DNA of 64,000 nt from an uncultured Gammaproteobacteria bacterium (GTDB taxonomy: Bacteria > Patescibacteriota > Patescibacteriia > VMEV01 > CAZAJQ01): NCBI GenBank assembly GCA_964485795.1, contig CAZAJQ010000001.1, forward strand, positions 142,014 to 206,013. Reading direction: 5' to 3'. Under the pieces are notes generated by a model. That model searched no databases. It was not told the origin of the DNA and saw only the letters and a program-made list of their open reading frames with translations. The translations under genes and the position numbers were made by a program. Below are positions 38,167 through 48,714 of this stretch, in pieces. Every line of letters begins with the position of its first letter. Within the stretch, counting starts at the first letter, position 1.

Positions 38167-40065
38167 CTATTTCTCTTTCTCGAGAGCTTTCGCAAACTCC
38201 GCTTTTGCGTCTTCGAGCTCGAGGATTTGTCTCGGATCGGAGGTGATGATCTGATCTTCGGTGTAAGAAGCGACGATCTTAATGGCCGCGTGTTTGGCAC
38301 CCGCAAAGAAAATGCCTTCGCCCACACCGCCTTCAAGGAGCAAGTACTTTTCCCCTTCGGTGAGTAAAAAAGTTTTTTGCACGAGGTCTATGGCCGCCGG
38401 AGACTGCTTGAGCAAAAGCTGCAGGGAGGAATTATTGAGGATCGCCTGTCCGTACGGTGAAGAAAGAAAATCATTGACGTCTTGGGTGATGGTCGTCACG
38501 CCAAGATAGTATTTTCTGCAGCGCTTCACCAGCGCATAGATGAATTTCGCGGAATCCTCCCGCTGCATCAGCCACCAAGCTTCGTCGATCACGAGAATGC
38601 GTTTTTTCAGCTCGGAACGGACCACATTCCAGATGTAATTGACGATCGTGTAAATGGCGATAGGGCGAAGCTCGTCTTCAAGATCGCGCACGGAAAACAC
38701 CACAAGCTGATTTCTCATATCCACGTTTGTCGGACTATTGAACAGCCCCGAAAACGTGCCTTGCGTGAATTTGCGCAGCCGCATGGCCAAGTCTTCGCCT
38801 CCGGCCATACCTTCGAGAACGTCTTCAAAATCCTGCATCAGCGGCGCTTCGACACGGCTCAAGTCCGAATCCGCGGTGATATCTTTTTTCGCGTACGTTT
38901 CAAGCAAAGCCCGATCCACGATGGAGTCATCCTTATGCGAAAGATGCCCGATCATGAGGCGAACCAAGCCTTTCAAAGTGATGACCGCCGAGCGAATGAT
39001 GTCCGATGTCTTGACTTCGGATCCGATGGGACGAGGCAGATCAAAAGGATTGATTTTCGCTTCGGAAGCGAGGGAAATATTGATATAGGTGCCGCCCACC
39101 GCATCGGAAAGGTGCTTGTACTCCATCTCCGGATCGATGATGATGATTTCCACGCCCATCATGAGCGAACGCAACACTTCGAGCTTGATCGCATAGCTTT
39201 TTCCGGCTCCGGATGTGGCGAAAATGGAAAAATTGGCGTTTTGCAATGAAAAACGATCAAAAAGAATTAAGCTGTTGTTATGCCGATTGATGCCGTACAA
39301 AATGCCGTTATCGGAAGTGAGCTCCGAAGAAATGAAAGGAAACGAGGATGCGCATGGGGATGAATTCATGTTAAACGACACCATGAGCTCATCGTTGCCC
39401 AAAGGCAAGGTGGAATTGAACCCTTGCTCGGCTTGATAGAGCACCCTTCGCGAATAAATCAATTTGGAACCGAAAACCAGCTCGATGTCATTGGAAATTT
39501 TATCGAGTTCTTCTTTATTTTCCGCATAGGCGGTGACATAAAGAGCGAATTGAAAAAACTTTTCCACGCCCTGCGTCAGACGATCGCGCAATTCCTCGAT
39601 ATCGCGCAAGGCCGTCTCTCGTATCGGGTCTCGGGGAGCGCCTTTTTCGGAATCGCTGATGATCTGCGCTTCGACATAGCCGACTTTTTTTTGCAGCTGT
39701 TTGAGCACGATATGCGCCGGAACCGGATAAAAAAACATGGCGATATCAAGCGTCACGCTCATATTGATCACCGGCGCAAACCAGCCCACGGATATATAGC
39801 GCGGATAGGTGACAACAAAATGGGTACGGACGATTTTCGTGCCCAAAACCACATGATCGGGATTCACTTTGAACGCCGCGGGCGATATCAAATCGCGCAC
39901 CGAAATGGCGCCCCTGCGATACACTCGTTCGGCTTCGACGATTTCCTTTTGACGATTTTGCTCGGCCAGCTTTGCGATACGAGTCGCTTCTTTTTCCGAA
40001 ACGGACACCTCGTCTTTCAGAGGAGAAACGTCTATGGGCGAGATGGATTGTGGGGTGATGGGCAT
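38167..40065 (-). CDS. virB4: VirB4/TraC-family T4SS ATPase
   Basis: GILYGIN, FATSGAGKSY, IIDPEMEY, VIDEAWWLM, KRCRKYYLG..TITQ. Confidence 0.92.
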   Translation of the reverse strand: MPITPQSISPIDVSPLKDEVSVSEKEATRIAKLAEQNRQKEIVEAERVYRRGAISVRDLISPAAFKVNPDHVVLGTKIVRTHFVVTYPRYISVGWFAPVINMSVTLDIAMFFYPVPAHIVLKQLQKKVGYVEAQIISDSEKGAPRDPIRETALRDIEELRDRLTQGVEKFFQFALYVTAYAENKEELDKISNDIELVFGSKLIYSRRVLYQAEQGFNSTLPLGNDELMVSFNMNSSPCASSFPFISSELTSDNGILYGINRHNNSLILFDRFSLQNANFSIFATSGAGKSYAIKLEVLRSLMMGVEIIIIDPEMEYKHLSDAVGGTYINISLASEAKINPFDLPRPIGSEVKTSDIIRSAVITLKGLVRLMIGHLSHKDDSIVDRALLETYAKKDITADSDLSRVEAPLMQDFEDVLEGMAGGEDLAMRLRKFTQGTFSGLFNSPTNVDMRNQLVVFSVRDLEDELRPIAIYTIVNYIWNVVRSELKKRILVIDEAWWLMQREDSAKFIYALVKRCRKYYLGVTTITQDVNDFLSSPYGQAILNNSSLQLLLKQSPAAIDLVQKTFLLTEGEKYLLLEGGVGEGIFFAGAKHAAIKIVASYTEDQIITSDPRQILELEDAKAEFAKALEKEK

Positions 40066-40077
40066 AGGTTGGAAGTA

Positions 40078-40133
40078 AGTTCTCAGCAGTCAGTACTCAG
40101 TTCTCAGAAATAAGTTCTCAATGCTCGGCAGTG
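40078..40133. repeat. Degenerate heptamer tandem repeat (AGTWCTC)n
   Basis: AGTTCTC AGCAGTC AGTACTC AGTTCTC AGAAATA AGTTCTC AATGCTC. Confidence 0.75.
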
Positions 40134-40148
40134 AGCTTGAAGATGGGG

Positions 40149-40826
40149 TCAGTCGACTTGAATTTTGCTGGTCTCAACGAGTTTTTGATTTTGAGAAACG
40201 ACGGGATTGTAACTATTATAGTACAATTCGATGAGATTTTGTGTATTGAGCATTACCGAATTCAGCCCCATGCTGTTCAGCCCCTGTCGGATAAGGCTGA
40301 CCCGCTGCATGAGATCTTTTTTGCGAGAGACGAAACGTTTTCGGTCGAGCGTCACGGCCGCAGCCGGTCGCAAACTTTCGGACAATCGGGAAAAAAATCC
40401 CTTTTGTTTGTTTGACAGCGGATCATAGGGAACGGTGAGGTAAAATTTTTTGCTCATGATTTGCCCCAAGGAAACCAGCTCCTGGATATATTGACGATAT
40501 TCGATGGTCTGCATGCGCAGAAGCTCGTTGGTTTGCTCCTTTTCCATTGATTTGAGACGCTCGATGTAATTGTCGATGTTGAGCTTGCGTGATTGCACCA
40601 CGATCTGTATGGGAAATTCAAAGGAATTGATGAAACTCACATACGAAGAAATCACGGCGTTTTGTTCGTCTTCGGACTTCAGAGCAAAATTTATGGACGA
40701 TACCAAAAGCACGGCGCGCAAAGTGCCGTCATTGAGCACCACCGCATCGTCACGGATCTCATAAATGTCAAGGTATTTTTGCGTGGACTGACGGGTGATT
40801 TTTTTTGCGAGTTTTTTGTTTTGCAT
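40149..40826 (-). CDS. T4SS-associated protein (TraC N-terminal-like)
   Basis: STQ.YL.I..I.D, VSSINFALKSEDEQ, L...ELYY..YNP; between prgI and virB4. Confidence 0.75.
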   Translation of the reverse strand: MQNKKLAKKITRQSTQKYLDIYEIRDDAVVLNDGTLRAVLLVSSINFALKSEDEQNAVISSYVSFINSFEFPIQIVVQSRKLNIDNYIERLKSMEKEQTNELLRMQTIEYRQYIQELVSLGQIMSKKFYLTVPYDPLSNKQKGFFSRLSESLRPAAAVTLDRKRFVSRKKDLMQRVSLIRQGLNSMGLNSVMLNTQNLIELYYNSYNPVVSQNQKLVETSKIQVD

Positions 40827-40859
40827 AGGAAAATTTCAACGAATGTCGGACATTCCCCT

Positions 40860-41333
40860 TTATGAAGGGGGGGCTTTCTGGTTTAAAATGCCCTCCCCCC
40901 GATACTCTCCTCCGGTGTCGACGATGAGAGCGATTTCGGAGAGCGAAGATGAGCCGAGCGGACGCTTGAGCGGGACGGGATCTTCTCCGGCGACCACGGA
41001 TTCGGTTTCGCGTTTCAGGATGGCCGAAACTTCGGCATCCGTGAGGCTTTTGTCCCAGACGCGAAGCTTGGGCTTTCGAAACGTCTGGATGATATTGAGG
41101 ATGAAATAATGAAACGGCATGCCATTGACCCTGAAAAACGCGAAAAGCGCGGTAACTCCCACATCCACTATCGCGGATATGACAAAGTAAACGAAGTATC
41201 GGGTGGAAAGAAGCTTGAAAAGTATGAAAAGAATCAATCCTCCGACGATGAGCAGGACAAATTGTCGCGTGGTGATGGGTCCGAAAATCTTGTCCTCCAC
41301 GTCAATGAATTGCGGAACCGTGAATTGCTGCAT
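40860..41333 (-). CDS. prgI: PrgI family protein (VirB3-like)
   Basis: QFTVPQFIDVEDKIFGPIT.RQF, two TM helices, P..RVW. Confidence 0.88.
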   Translation of the reverse strand: MQQFTVPQFIDVEDKIFGPITTRQFVLLIVGGLILFILFKLLSTRYFVYFVISAIVDVGVTALFAFFRVNGMPFHYFILNIIQTFRKPKLRVWDKSLTDAEVSAILKRETESVVAGEDPVPLKRPLGSSSLSEIALIVDTGGEYRGEGILNQKAPPS

Positions 41334-41349
41334 AGGATTCTTTCAAAGG

Positions 41350-43047
41350 CTAATGGGAAAATCGCAATCGACCCGACAGTTTCAAGATCGACAGGCATTC
41401 TTCATAGGTCAAAGTTTCCTTTTTCGCTTTTTGCCTTTGCGCTATAGCTTCCTTGATACTTTGACCGCCTTGCAAACATTCCCAGAGAATCGTCTTGTAC
41501 TGCGAAAAAACTTCCGATCGTCGGAAAGCCTCGATCGCAAGGATATAATTGGAAAAAGATTCCTGTCGCAAAAAATAAATCTTATCGTAAATCTTCTGGC
41601 ATATGTCTTTTGGCTTTGACGCCAAACGGCGGAAATCCGTCAAAGAATATTCCAGCTCGGTAACGGGTGAACGAAGCTTGAACTTGTCCGCATCTTTGGA
41701 CACCGGAGATATCGTTTCGGCGGATTTTTCGTATATGACCTCGGTAATCTTTGATGCATTCCCTTTCTTTTCTTCATTCATTTCAGGTTGAACCTTCCGT
41801 GTTGTATCGATCGCGGGCACAATGGAATCTTCGACTGCCGGAAGCTTGAGAACATTGCTCTTTTCCGTGCCCTCCTTTGCCGAGATCGGCTCTATGGCTT
41901 CAAAGGGGTGATTCATCTCGCTCGCATGAACCGATTCTTTTTTTGTATTCTCTTGAAGCTTCGTCGATAAAGTAGATGGAGTTTGAAGTGTTTGTTTCGT
42001 TCCTGCCAACAGCTCTGCAACCGGTTTTGTCATCTCGCTTTTCTTCCTCAGCTGAGGAACCGCCGGCTCTTGCATCTTTTTCTGCGAACCGGCCGATAAA
42101 CTTTTATGAAATTGCTCCTTGTCTTTGTCGGTAACTTCGGAGTAAATATCCGCGAGAATTTTTTGCGTCAGCTCTTCGGCTTCTTTTTTCACGTCAAAAG
42201 GCGTTTCTTTTTTGACTTCCGTGGAGCTTGGAAACGGTTCTTCGACCGGTGAAGACATAATTTCCCGTTTCGGGGGCACCAAAATTTCAACCTCCGAAAC
42301 GACCGGTAGAGGTCTTGACGCTCCCGCCTTGAGTTCCGCTTTTTCTTTGAGCGACATCGGTCTTATGGGAGACGGCATGGAAGATTTCATCTCCGCGGGC
42401 TTTGGCGATTGTTTGCTTCCCGACGCCGATTTGAACTCGATTTTTTTTGGCAATGGCGGCAAAATCTTATGATCCGCCCCGCTAAAAGATTTTTGCACCG
42501 AGGCCTGAAACCCTTCAAAAGGAAGCTGCATGGCTTCGGCCGTCAAGCGCAATAAAATATCGGCCTGATGAGCGAGAAGCGACACTCCGCCGGAAGCGAT
42601 ATCGGAAACGAGCATTTTTTTGAAATCGTAATTTTTTCTGACGTTTTTCAGACGGCTGACAACGAGGGACACGAGCCTCCGGCGCAAATCCTTGCTCATG
42701 ACGAGAATTCCGCTTTTCTTGATGATTTCATGCGCCTTGACTTCATCGTGATTGCCGCTTTGAGCGGGCATTAGCGATTTGAAACGCTCGATCTCGCGAT
42801 CTTGCCCGACAGAGTCGAGCGGATCGTCTTTGAGAATGTCCCCTCTCGTCAAAGGCTCGTCGGTGGTTATCGTTTTTTGCAAGGTTTCCGCTGAAACCGT
42901 TTCGGACGCGCGATCCAGGACGACTGCCGGATACTGATCCAAGGGTATCAATTTCCCCCGCGACAGCACTTTGAAGCTCCCATCATTGTCTTTGATGAGC
43001 ATATCGTCGTCATGGAGCTCGATGTCGGGGAAGTTGTTGTCGGACAT
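41350..43047 (-). CDS. T4SS-locus hypothetical protein with long Pro/Ser/Lys/Glu linker
   Basis: 565 aa; C-terminal PV.EL....DFRRL...P.....KI..KI..L..ES motif. Confidence 0.75.
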   Translation of the reverse strand: MSDNNFPDIELHDDDMLIKDNDGSFKVLSRGKLIPLDQYPAVVLDRASETVSAETLQKTITTDEPLTRGDILKDDPLDSVGQDREIERFKSLMPAQSGNHDEVKAHEIIKKSGILVMSKDLRRRLVSLVVSRLKNVRKNYDFKKMLVSDIASGGVSLLAHQADILLRLTAEAMQLPFEGFQASVQKSFSGADHKILPPLPKKIEFKSASGSKQSPKPAEMKSSMPSPIRPMSLKEKAELKAGASRPLPVVSEVEILVPPKREIMSSPVEEPFPSSTEVKKETPFDVKKEAEELTQKILADIYSEVTDKDKEQFHKSLSAGSQKKMQEPAVPQLRKKSEMTKPVAELLAGTKQTLQTPSTLSTKLQENTKKESVHASEMNHPFEAIEPISAKEGTEKSNVLKLPAVEDSIVPAIDTTRKVQPEMNEEKKGNASKITEVIYEKSAETISPVSKDADKFKLRSPVTELEYSLTDFRRLASKPKDICQKIYDKIYFLRQESFSNYILAIEAFRRSEVFSQYKTILWECLQGGQSIKEAIAQRQKAKKETLTYEECLSILKLSGRLRFSH

Positions 43048-43125
43048 AATATCGCATTAGCGCACTCTGAAAAAGAATGGTTCGTCAAATCTGCGAACGA
43101 GTACTCGGTTGTAAATTCTCAGCTC

Positions 43126-44508
43126 TTATTTTTTCATCCACACAAAAGCATTGGTTTGCATGTCGAAAAAAGAAAGCTGGGCGTATTTTTTTATTCCGGA
43201 TTTCTGTGAAATTTTTGAAATTTGCATGCCCACCATGCACGCTTGGGGCACCGATTGCTTGAGCCGATGCACAAAAAGGTATTCAAGGAATATCTGAAGA
43301 TTTCGCGGAGTTCCCGGGAGGATGGTATAGCTTTGCAAAGCGTCCGCGTCTTTTTTGACCTCGCGCAAATATTTTTCAAATTCACGGGCGATTTTGACCT
43401 CGCGAAGCATATCATCCAACCAGCCGTTTTTCGCCAAAAGCCGCAACGAAGCGATCGTTTTGATCATGTTTGGATTATAGCCTGTTTTGGGATTCATTGC
43501 ATCAAAAACATAGTTCATCAAAGCGTGTTTCAGATCATGGGCATCGCCCAAAATTTCATTTTCGGATTCGGCGATGAGCGTTTGCTCTTCCGCGCTGCCC
43601 CGATAATCCGTCACATTGCCGGAAAAATTCACTGCGCTTGTTTTGAAAGTCGGCGCCGTAGGCAAACTCGGCAATCCGGCGGGGAGTTTCGGTTTTTGGG
43701 GTGATGCAACGCCACCGTTTTTTTTCAGCTTCTGCGCGATATCGTATACGGTCGTCACATCGACTTTTTCGCCGGTTTCGATGTCATACATTTCTCCGCG
43801 ATCATAATCATAGGCCTTGTCTCCGACGATGAGTATGCCCTCTTCATCGAGCCCCTGCGGAGTGAACGAAGGCATCTTCAGATAAAGGTAAAGGTTGAAC
43901 AGGTTCAGAATCTTTTTTTTCTCATCGGACAGTAGACGATTGAACGCTCGATCCTGCGTTTTAAACTTGGAAATTTCCAATGCGCTGACGACCGGAAAAA
44001 CGTTGAATTTTGCGATGAGATACCGCATCCAATCGCCCAAACTCCCCTCGATCTCTCCGTCGTCGCGGAGAATATTTTGCGTGATCACTTCTTTGTTGCG
44101 GGTCAACGAGTCCAAAAAACGCTTTTTGACGGCGTCGCGATCTTCCCAGTCCACGATATTGCCGCGTATGAAGGTGCGAAGGTTCAAGATGAGGTCAAAA
44201 CCTTCGCGGTCGAATTCGAGAACCGACCCGAGATGGCTTTCGAGGAGGCGGAGGATATCATTGATCGTCAAGGTTCGTATCATTCGGAAACGAAGCTTCA
44301 TGAGCAGCAAACGAAGCTCTTTTTCATTGGCTGAGCCGACATTGACGTCAAAGGGATTTTGAAGCTTCCCTTCGAGAGTTTCGATGAATTTTGAAGTTTG
44401 CCCGTTCGCATCTGCAAGCAAATCCAAACCTTCCCGATACACTTCTTCAAACGTGTCCGGGACGAGGATTTCAGGGAGGGTGAGGGATTGGATGTCGGGC
44501 ATAGGCAT
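43126..44508 (-). CDS. T4SS-locus hypothetical protein
   Basis: 460-aa helical ORF co-oriented within the operon. Confidence 0.72.
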   Translation of the reverse strand: MPMPDIQSLTLPEILVPDTFEEVYREGLDLLADANGQTSKFIETLEGKLQNPFDVNVGSANEKELRLLLMKLRFRMIRTLTINDILRLLESHLGSVLEFDREGFDLILNLRTFIRGNIVDWEDRDAVKKRFLDSLTRNKEVITQNILRDDGEIEGSLGDWMRYLIAKFNVFPVVSALEISKFKTQDRAFNRLLSDEKKKILNLFNLYLYLKMPSFTPQGLDEEGILIVGDKAYDYDRGEMYDIETGEKVDVTTVYDIAQKLKKNGGVASPQKPKLPAGLPSLPTAPTFKTSAVNFSGNVTDYRGSAEEQTLIAESENEILGDAHDLKHALMNYVFDAMNPKTGYNPNMIKTIASLRLLAKNGWLDDMLREVKIAREFEKYLREVKKDADALQSYTILPGTPRNLQIFLEYLFVHRLKQSVPQACMVGMQISKISQKSGIKKYAQLSFFDMQTNAFVWMKK

Positions 44509-44517
44509 ACAAAAAGA

Positions 44518-47034
44518 CTAAGTCGTTGGAGGATTGCCCATCTGGCCCCCCCCTTTTTTCTGCATAGGTTTCCGTACCTTTCGCTGATTCGCTTCTCGCT
44601 CTTTTCTTCTCTCAGACTTGGTATGAACATTTTTAAACTCCTCAACAAAAGCATCAATATTTGCTTTCTGACCTTGAGTCAAGTTGTCATATCCCCCTTC
44701 CCCGGTAATATGGCCCTTATCATCAAAGGTCGCATGTTTTCCAAGTTCATTTTTGAGAAGCCTTTCACCGTCCGGCTTTTTCATGATCTCAAGAAGCTTA
44801 TTGGTGATATAAGAATTCAGCTTTGGAATATCACCCGAATTCGCCCATGTGGTGCCGAATTTTTGCAGTCCCATGGTAAACTCCATCTTAATTTTTGCAT
44901 TATAGGCAGAACGTTCATAGGCATTATCTCTCGAGTATCCGGTAATTTGCCTCCGCGTATCCAGCTTCTCCTTATCCGAAATCGCCTTATTGATGCGTTC
45001 CTGATCAGTGGAAAATCGCAGCTTTTTTTCCTTCATGTCATAAACCGTAATGCCGGATAAGGTCGGAAATTTATCAGCCATATTATCAAGCATTTGTGCG
45101 ACTTCCGCGGCCTTGTGTTCATCGCCGTGAAATAAATGTTTGAGCACCGTTTCAGCATTTGACATATTGTCCGCAACTCCATATATTCTTTTTCCATCCT
45201 CTTTTTCAACTCCATTTTCATCTTTCTCTCTCTGTATATATTCCTTCTTAGCGTCATCCTCTAAGCTGTCAAATACATCTGCATCCATTATAGTTCCATT
45301 ATCATGTATATATTGACCCGCATCATTTTTCCTATATTTCGGATCCATTTTGAGGTTTTGCCCCTCCGGTAAGTGTGCATTGACCTGAGCTATAAAATCC
45401 GGAGTCATATCCTTGAGAAAATCGTTAAAATCTCCCTTTTGCGTCATGGCCGCCAACAAAGCTTGTATTTCCAATTCCTTACCGCTGCCAGCAGTAAAAT
45501 CAGGATTCAAATATTCGTACAGCTTGGCCATGAAACGCGGGGCTTCATTTCCTTCCTTTTTCATTTTATCCATTTTTTCAACCAATTCACGACGTTCAGT
45601 CTCTTCACGCTTCCCGAGATCTTCCGGAATTTCCGGCAACCCGATCTTTTGAGTCTGTTTATTGATCCCGCGTATCGCATTATAAAAAACATCCTGCACA
45701 GCCTCTTCCTGATGCTTGGTCATCTCATGCGATACATGATCCCAAACCGCTTTTGCGGCGGCGGGTATAGCGGGTAGCTTTTGAACGCCTCTGCCGACCC
45801 ATGAGGTATAATCTCCCGCGCCCTCCACCGCTTTTCCGAGCCCTCCCGTCCATCCTTCACGCTCCGAACCAAGAATTTTCCCCGCCTTCTCCAGCCCCCC
45901 ACCAACGGCTCTCAAGCCGACTCCGTACATCCGCCCCCCCCACTTCATGGAGCTGAGCGCCAGCTTGCCGCTCGTGATGCTTTCCGCCAGCTTCCCTGCC
46001 CATTGACCTCCGGCCACACCCAGTTCGCCGGTGATCATGAGCCCCGCCACGAGCATGCCGATACCGACGATAAAGGTGGTTAAAGTGTTTGAGTTCAACT
46101 TCGTCAATCCTTGCCCGCCTTGCGGATCATCCTTGGGTTGAAAAGCCGTTCCTCCGTATCCTTCGGTTCTTGTTATCGTCGTGATGGAAAGCCATAGAAA
46201 AAAAGCGAGTACCGGCCCCACGATAAGATACTTGGTGAACATATCCCACCATTTTTTCCCGTACGATTCCCCGCCGGGGATCACCGATAAGACGTACGGC
46301 AAGGGTGACAAAGCCACGAGCAACCACAACATGATGACACGCATGACCAGCACGCCGATGATCACCAACACCAGCCAAAACAAAATAAAAGATGTAAAAA
46401 GAGTGCCAAAAAGAGCGAATAGAGTCGCTGCGATAAAATTGGCGGCTGCTCCGGGAGCCGATCCTACTGCTGGTTCAAAACCATCATTGGAGACCTTCAT
46501 ATCCGAAATGAGAGATATCAAATGAGACGGCCACTTCGGCCCCAGAACATTCAAAAATGTGAGCATGATAACTTGAGAAATGTCAATGAAGAATCCGGCT
46601 ATGGTTCGAGAAAAATTCACGAGTATCGCCATCAAGATAAGCTTCGGCAACATTTTTTTGTAATTGTACGCTTCAATGCGAAGTATGGTGCTGAAGGCGA
46701 TAATCAAAAGCGCCACGACAAAAAAACTGTTCGCCACGTCTCTCGCGGCGATCCAGCCGAGCGTTACGGCCGTGGAAGATAAAAAATCGTTGTATGAGGC
46801 AACGGTTGTCAGCACGGGAATCAAAAGGTTTGACAACGCGCCTCCTATCAAACGAGTCACCACCCATATGAGCCAACCGAAAATGGTCAATACCACATTA
46901 GCGATCGAACCGAGCTGCGCATGACCGGCGAACGGCACAAACAAAAACACCATCGCAAAAAAACCTACGATGATGGAGTGTTTTGAATTCAAAATCTTTG
47001 GTATCCGAAACAATCGCGAAAACAGAAGTGACAT
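44518..47034 (-). CDS. VirB6/TrbL-like polytopic membrane protein with long C-terminal soluble extension
   Basis: GW...RDVAN.FF, L..LI..AILVNFS..I.G..ID, R...LW.L..LSPL, WW..F; start moved from 47211 to ATG 47034. Confidence 0.8.
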   Translation of the reverse strand: MSLLFSRLFRIPKILNSKHSIIVGFFAMVFLFVPFAGHAQLGSIANVVLTIFGWLIWVVTRLIGGALSNLLIPVLTTVASYNDFLSSTAVTLGWIAARDVANSFFVVALLIIAFSTILRIEAYNYKKMLPKLILMAILVNFSRTIAGFFIDISQVIMLTFLNVLGPKWPSHLISLISDMKVSNDGFEPAVGSAPGAAANFIAATLFALFGTLFTSFILFWLVLVIIGVLVMRVIMLWLLVALSPLPYVLSVIPGGESYGKKWWDMFTKYLIVGPVLAFFLWLSITTITRTEGYGGTAFQPKDDPQGGQGLTKLNSNTLTTFIVGIGMLVAGLMITGELGVAGGQWAGKLAESITSGKLALSSMKWGGRMYGVGLRAVGGGLEKAGKILGSEREGWTGGLGKAVEGAGDYTSWVGRGVQKLPAIPAAAKAVWDHVSHEMTKHQEEAVQDVFYNAIRGINKQTQKIGLPEIPEDLGKREETERRELVEKMDKMKKEGNEAPRFMAKLYEYLNPDFTAGSGKELEIQALLAAMTQKGDFNDFLKDMTPDFIAQVNAHLPEGQNLKMDPKYRKNDAGQYIHDNGTIMDADVFDSLEDDAKKEYIQREKDENGVEKEDGKRIYGVADNMSNAETVLKHLFHGDEHKAAEVAQMLDNMADKFPTLSGITVYDMKEKKLRFSTDQERINKAISDKEKLDTRRQITGYSRDNAYERSAYNAKIKMEFTMGLQKFGTTWANSGDIPKLNSYITNKLLEIMKKPDGERLLKNELGKHATFDDKGHITGEGGYDNLTQGQKANIDAFVEEFKNVHTKSERRKEREANQRKVRKPMQKKGGGQMGNPPTT

Positions 47035-47280
47035 GCGAATATTCCACGCAAAAAGCACTTCAAAAAGTATTTCATGGAAGCGACGGAACATAATCCCTGC
47101 GTTTTTGTTTGAAGAAAACTTCCGAATGAAGAAAAAAATCTCACCACGAGAGAGGAAGATGAAATAATAATACCATAAGACCGCGTTCATGCCATAGCTT
47201 TGCGGCAACACCAGAAGCGACGCATCAAATCTCTATGAAGACTTTTAAAAAAATATCAAAAGTTGATCTCATAAAAAGCG

Positions 47281-48714
47281 TTATATCAACAAGAAGTAGT
47301 CTAACGGAACTTTGACCACATTGGCGTCATCCAGTAAAGTGAGCGAATTTTTGCAGATCACGACGCCATACTTGGCCGATCCGACTTTCTTCATAGATTT
47401 TCTTACCTGAGTGCCAAGCTTTTCACCCACACCCACTTCAATCGGAATAATGCTCTTCCCTGCGACAGTGAGTATAAAATCCGCGCCGGCTTTTGAGCTG
47501 TCGTAATTCAAAGCACCTCGGCTATTGGCGACGTATTCCCGATACAAGGTCATCGCGACGATATCTTCCATAAGACGGCCTTTCTGTCCCGCGAAAATTT
47601 GCTCATTGCCCGCGATGGAAAGAAATGCCGAACGGAATGCGCTAGACATGAATTGGTAACGAGACGGCTTCCTAACTTTTTTGGCGTTTGAGCCGTATGG
47701 CATCACACGTATGAGCAATTCGGTCTGCTCCAATACTTCAAGAATATTGGAAACGGTGTTGACGCTCGTCTCAAGCGTTTTGGCGAGTTTCTGAATACTC
47801 ACTACGTCAGACTCCGCCAACAAAAACAATACCCTTTTGATATGAATGAGAGTCGAGGCATCAAAACGACCAAGATTTTGTACGTCCTGATTAATTACTT
47901 TGTCCAAAAGCAAAGTGATCGTCTGATAGACACGCGCTTCGTCTTTCATCCGGATGGCGAACGGCAAAGTGCCGATTTTCAAATACTCATCGACATAATT
48001 GCGATCGATAGAAGCCCACGTACTTGCCACAATCGGCTCATGTTTTTTTAGCTTTTCATAAGCATCTCGAGCCGATTCGGCGCCAAATAATGCATCCTTT
48101 ATATTTTGCTTCAACCCCTTCGCAGGCAGTTTTCCATCGCGGATCATTAAAAATTCAGAGAAACTGGTCGGAAAAAGTTTTTGAAAAACGGATCTACGTA
48201 TCACATCAGGGTTGGTCTGCAGAGAAACAGCCGACGAACCACTGCACGCAATAAAAACTCTATTTGACCGGTCATATACAGACTTTAATACCGACGCCCA
48301 CCATGGATCGTATTGCGCTTCGTCTATAAATATAAAAATCGGCTTGGTGAGCTTTTCAAAGCTTTCACCGATTACCTTTTCGTATGCACTCAAGACATCC
48401 TTCAAAGACGAGCCGAGTACATTCACCACTTCATCCAGCGAAACGTAAAGCATTCTCCGATCATCGACGTCTTGGCGATGATTGAAAAAAAGCTGTGCCA
48501 GAATGGTGGTCTTACCGACACCGCGAAGTCCCGGAATTATGATCCAGCGATCTCGAGCGTTTGGGTTATGTAAAAAATCTCGAAAATATTTATCCATTTT
48601 GACATAAATATTCCTTTGCGGATATTTTTTACCCTGCTCATCATGGATGTAGGATTTAAGGCGAAAAGGGGCTTGAACAAGCTGGTTTTGTACATACTTG
48701 AGGATTTCTTCCAT
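47281..48714 (-). CDS. AAA_14/DUF4143-type ATPase
   Basis: GLRGVGKTT, IFIDEAQY, SGSS, GTLP, G.LMED.V, ADF......IPIEV, KVPL..FL. Confidence 0.88.
   Translation of the reverse strand: MEEILKYVQNQLVQAPFRLKSYIHDEQGKKYPQRNIYVKMDKYFRDFLHNPNARDRWIIIPGLRGVGKTTILAQLFFNHRQDVDDRRMLYVSLDEVVNVLGSSLKDVLSAYEKVIGESFEKLTKPIFIFIDEAQYDPWWASVLKSVYDRSNRVFIACSGSSAVSLQTNPDVIRRSVFQKLFPTSFSEFLMIRDGKLPAKGLKQNIKDALFGAESARDAYEKLKKHEPIVASTWASIDRNYVDEYLKIGTLPFAIRMKDEARVYQTITLLLDKVINQDVQNLGRFDASTLIHIKRVLFLLAESDVVSIQKLAKTLETSVNTVSNILEVLEQTELLIRVMPYGSNAKKVRKPSRYQFMSSAFRSAFLSIAGNEQIFAGQKGRLMEDIVAMTLYREYVANSRGALNYDSSKAGADFILTVAGKSIIPIEVGVGEKLGTQVRKSMKKVGSAKYGVVICKNSLTLLDDANVVKVPLDYFLLI

Noticed and set aside
38167-47034. Conjugative ICE or plasmid
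   Set aside because: No relaxase, coupling protein, integrase or att repeats in the window; fits a chromosomal CPR-type T4SS
47035-47211. N-terminal 59 codons of the 897-aa ORF (and similar extensions of lgt, VIT1, rpmI)
   Set aside because: Non-conserved extensions, mostly from alternative start codons or overlapping neighbours; downstream ATGs fit the families better
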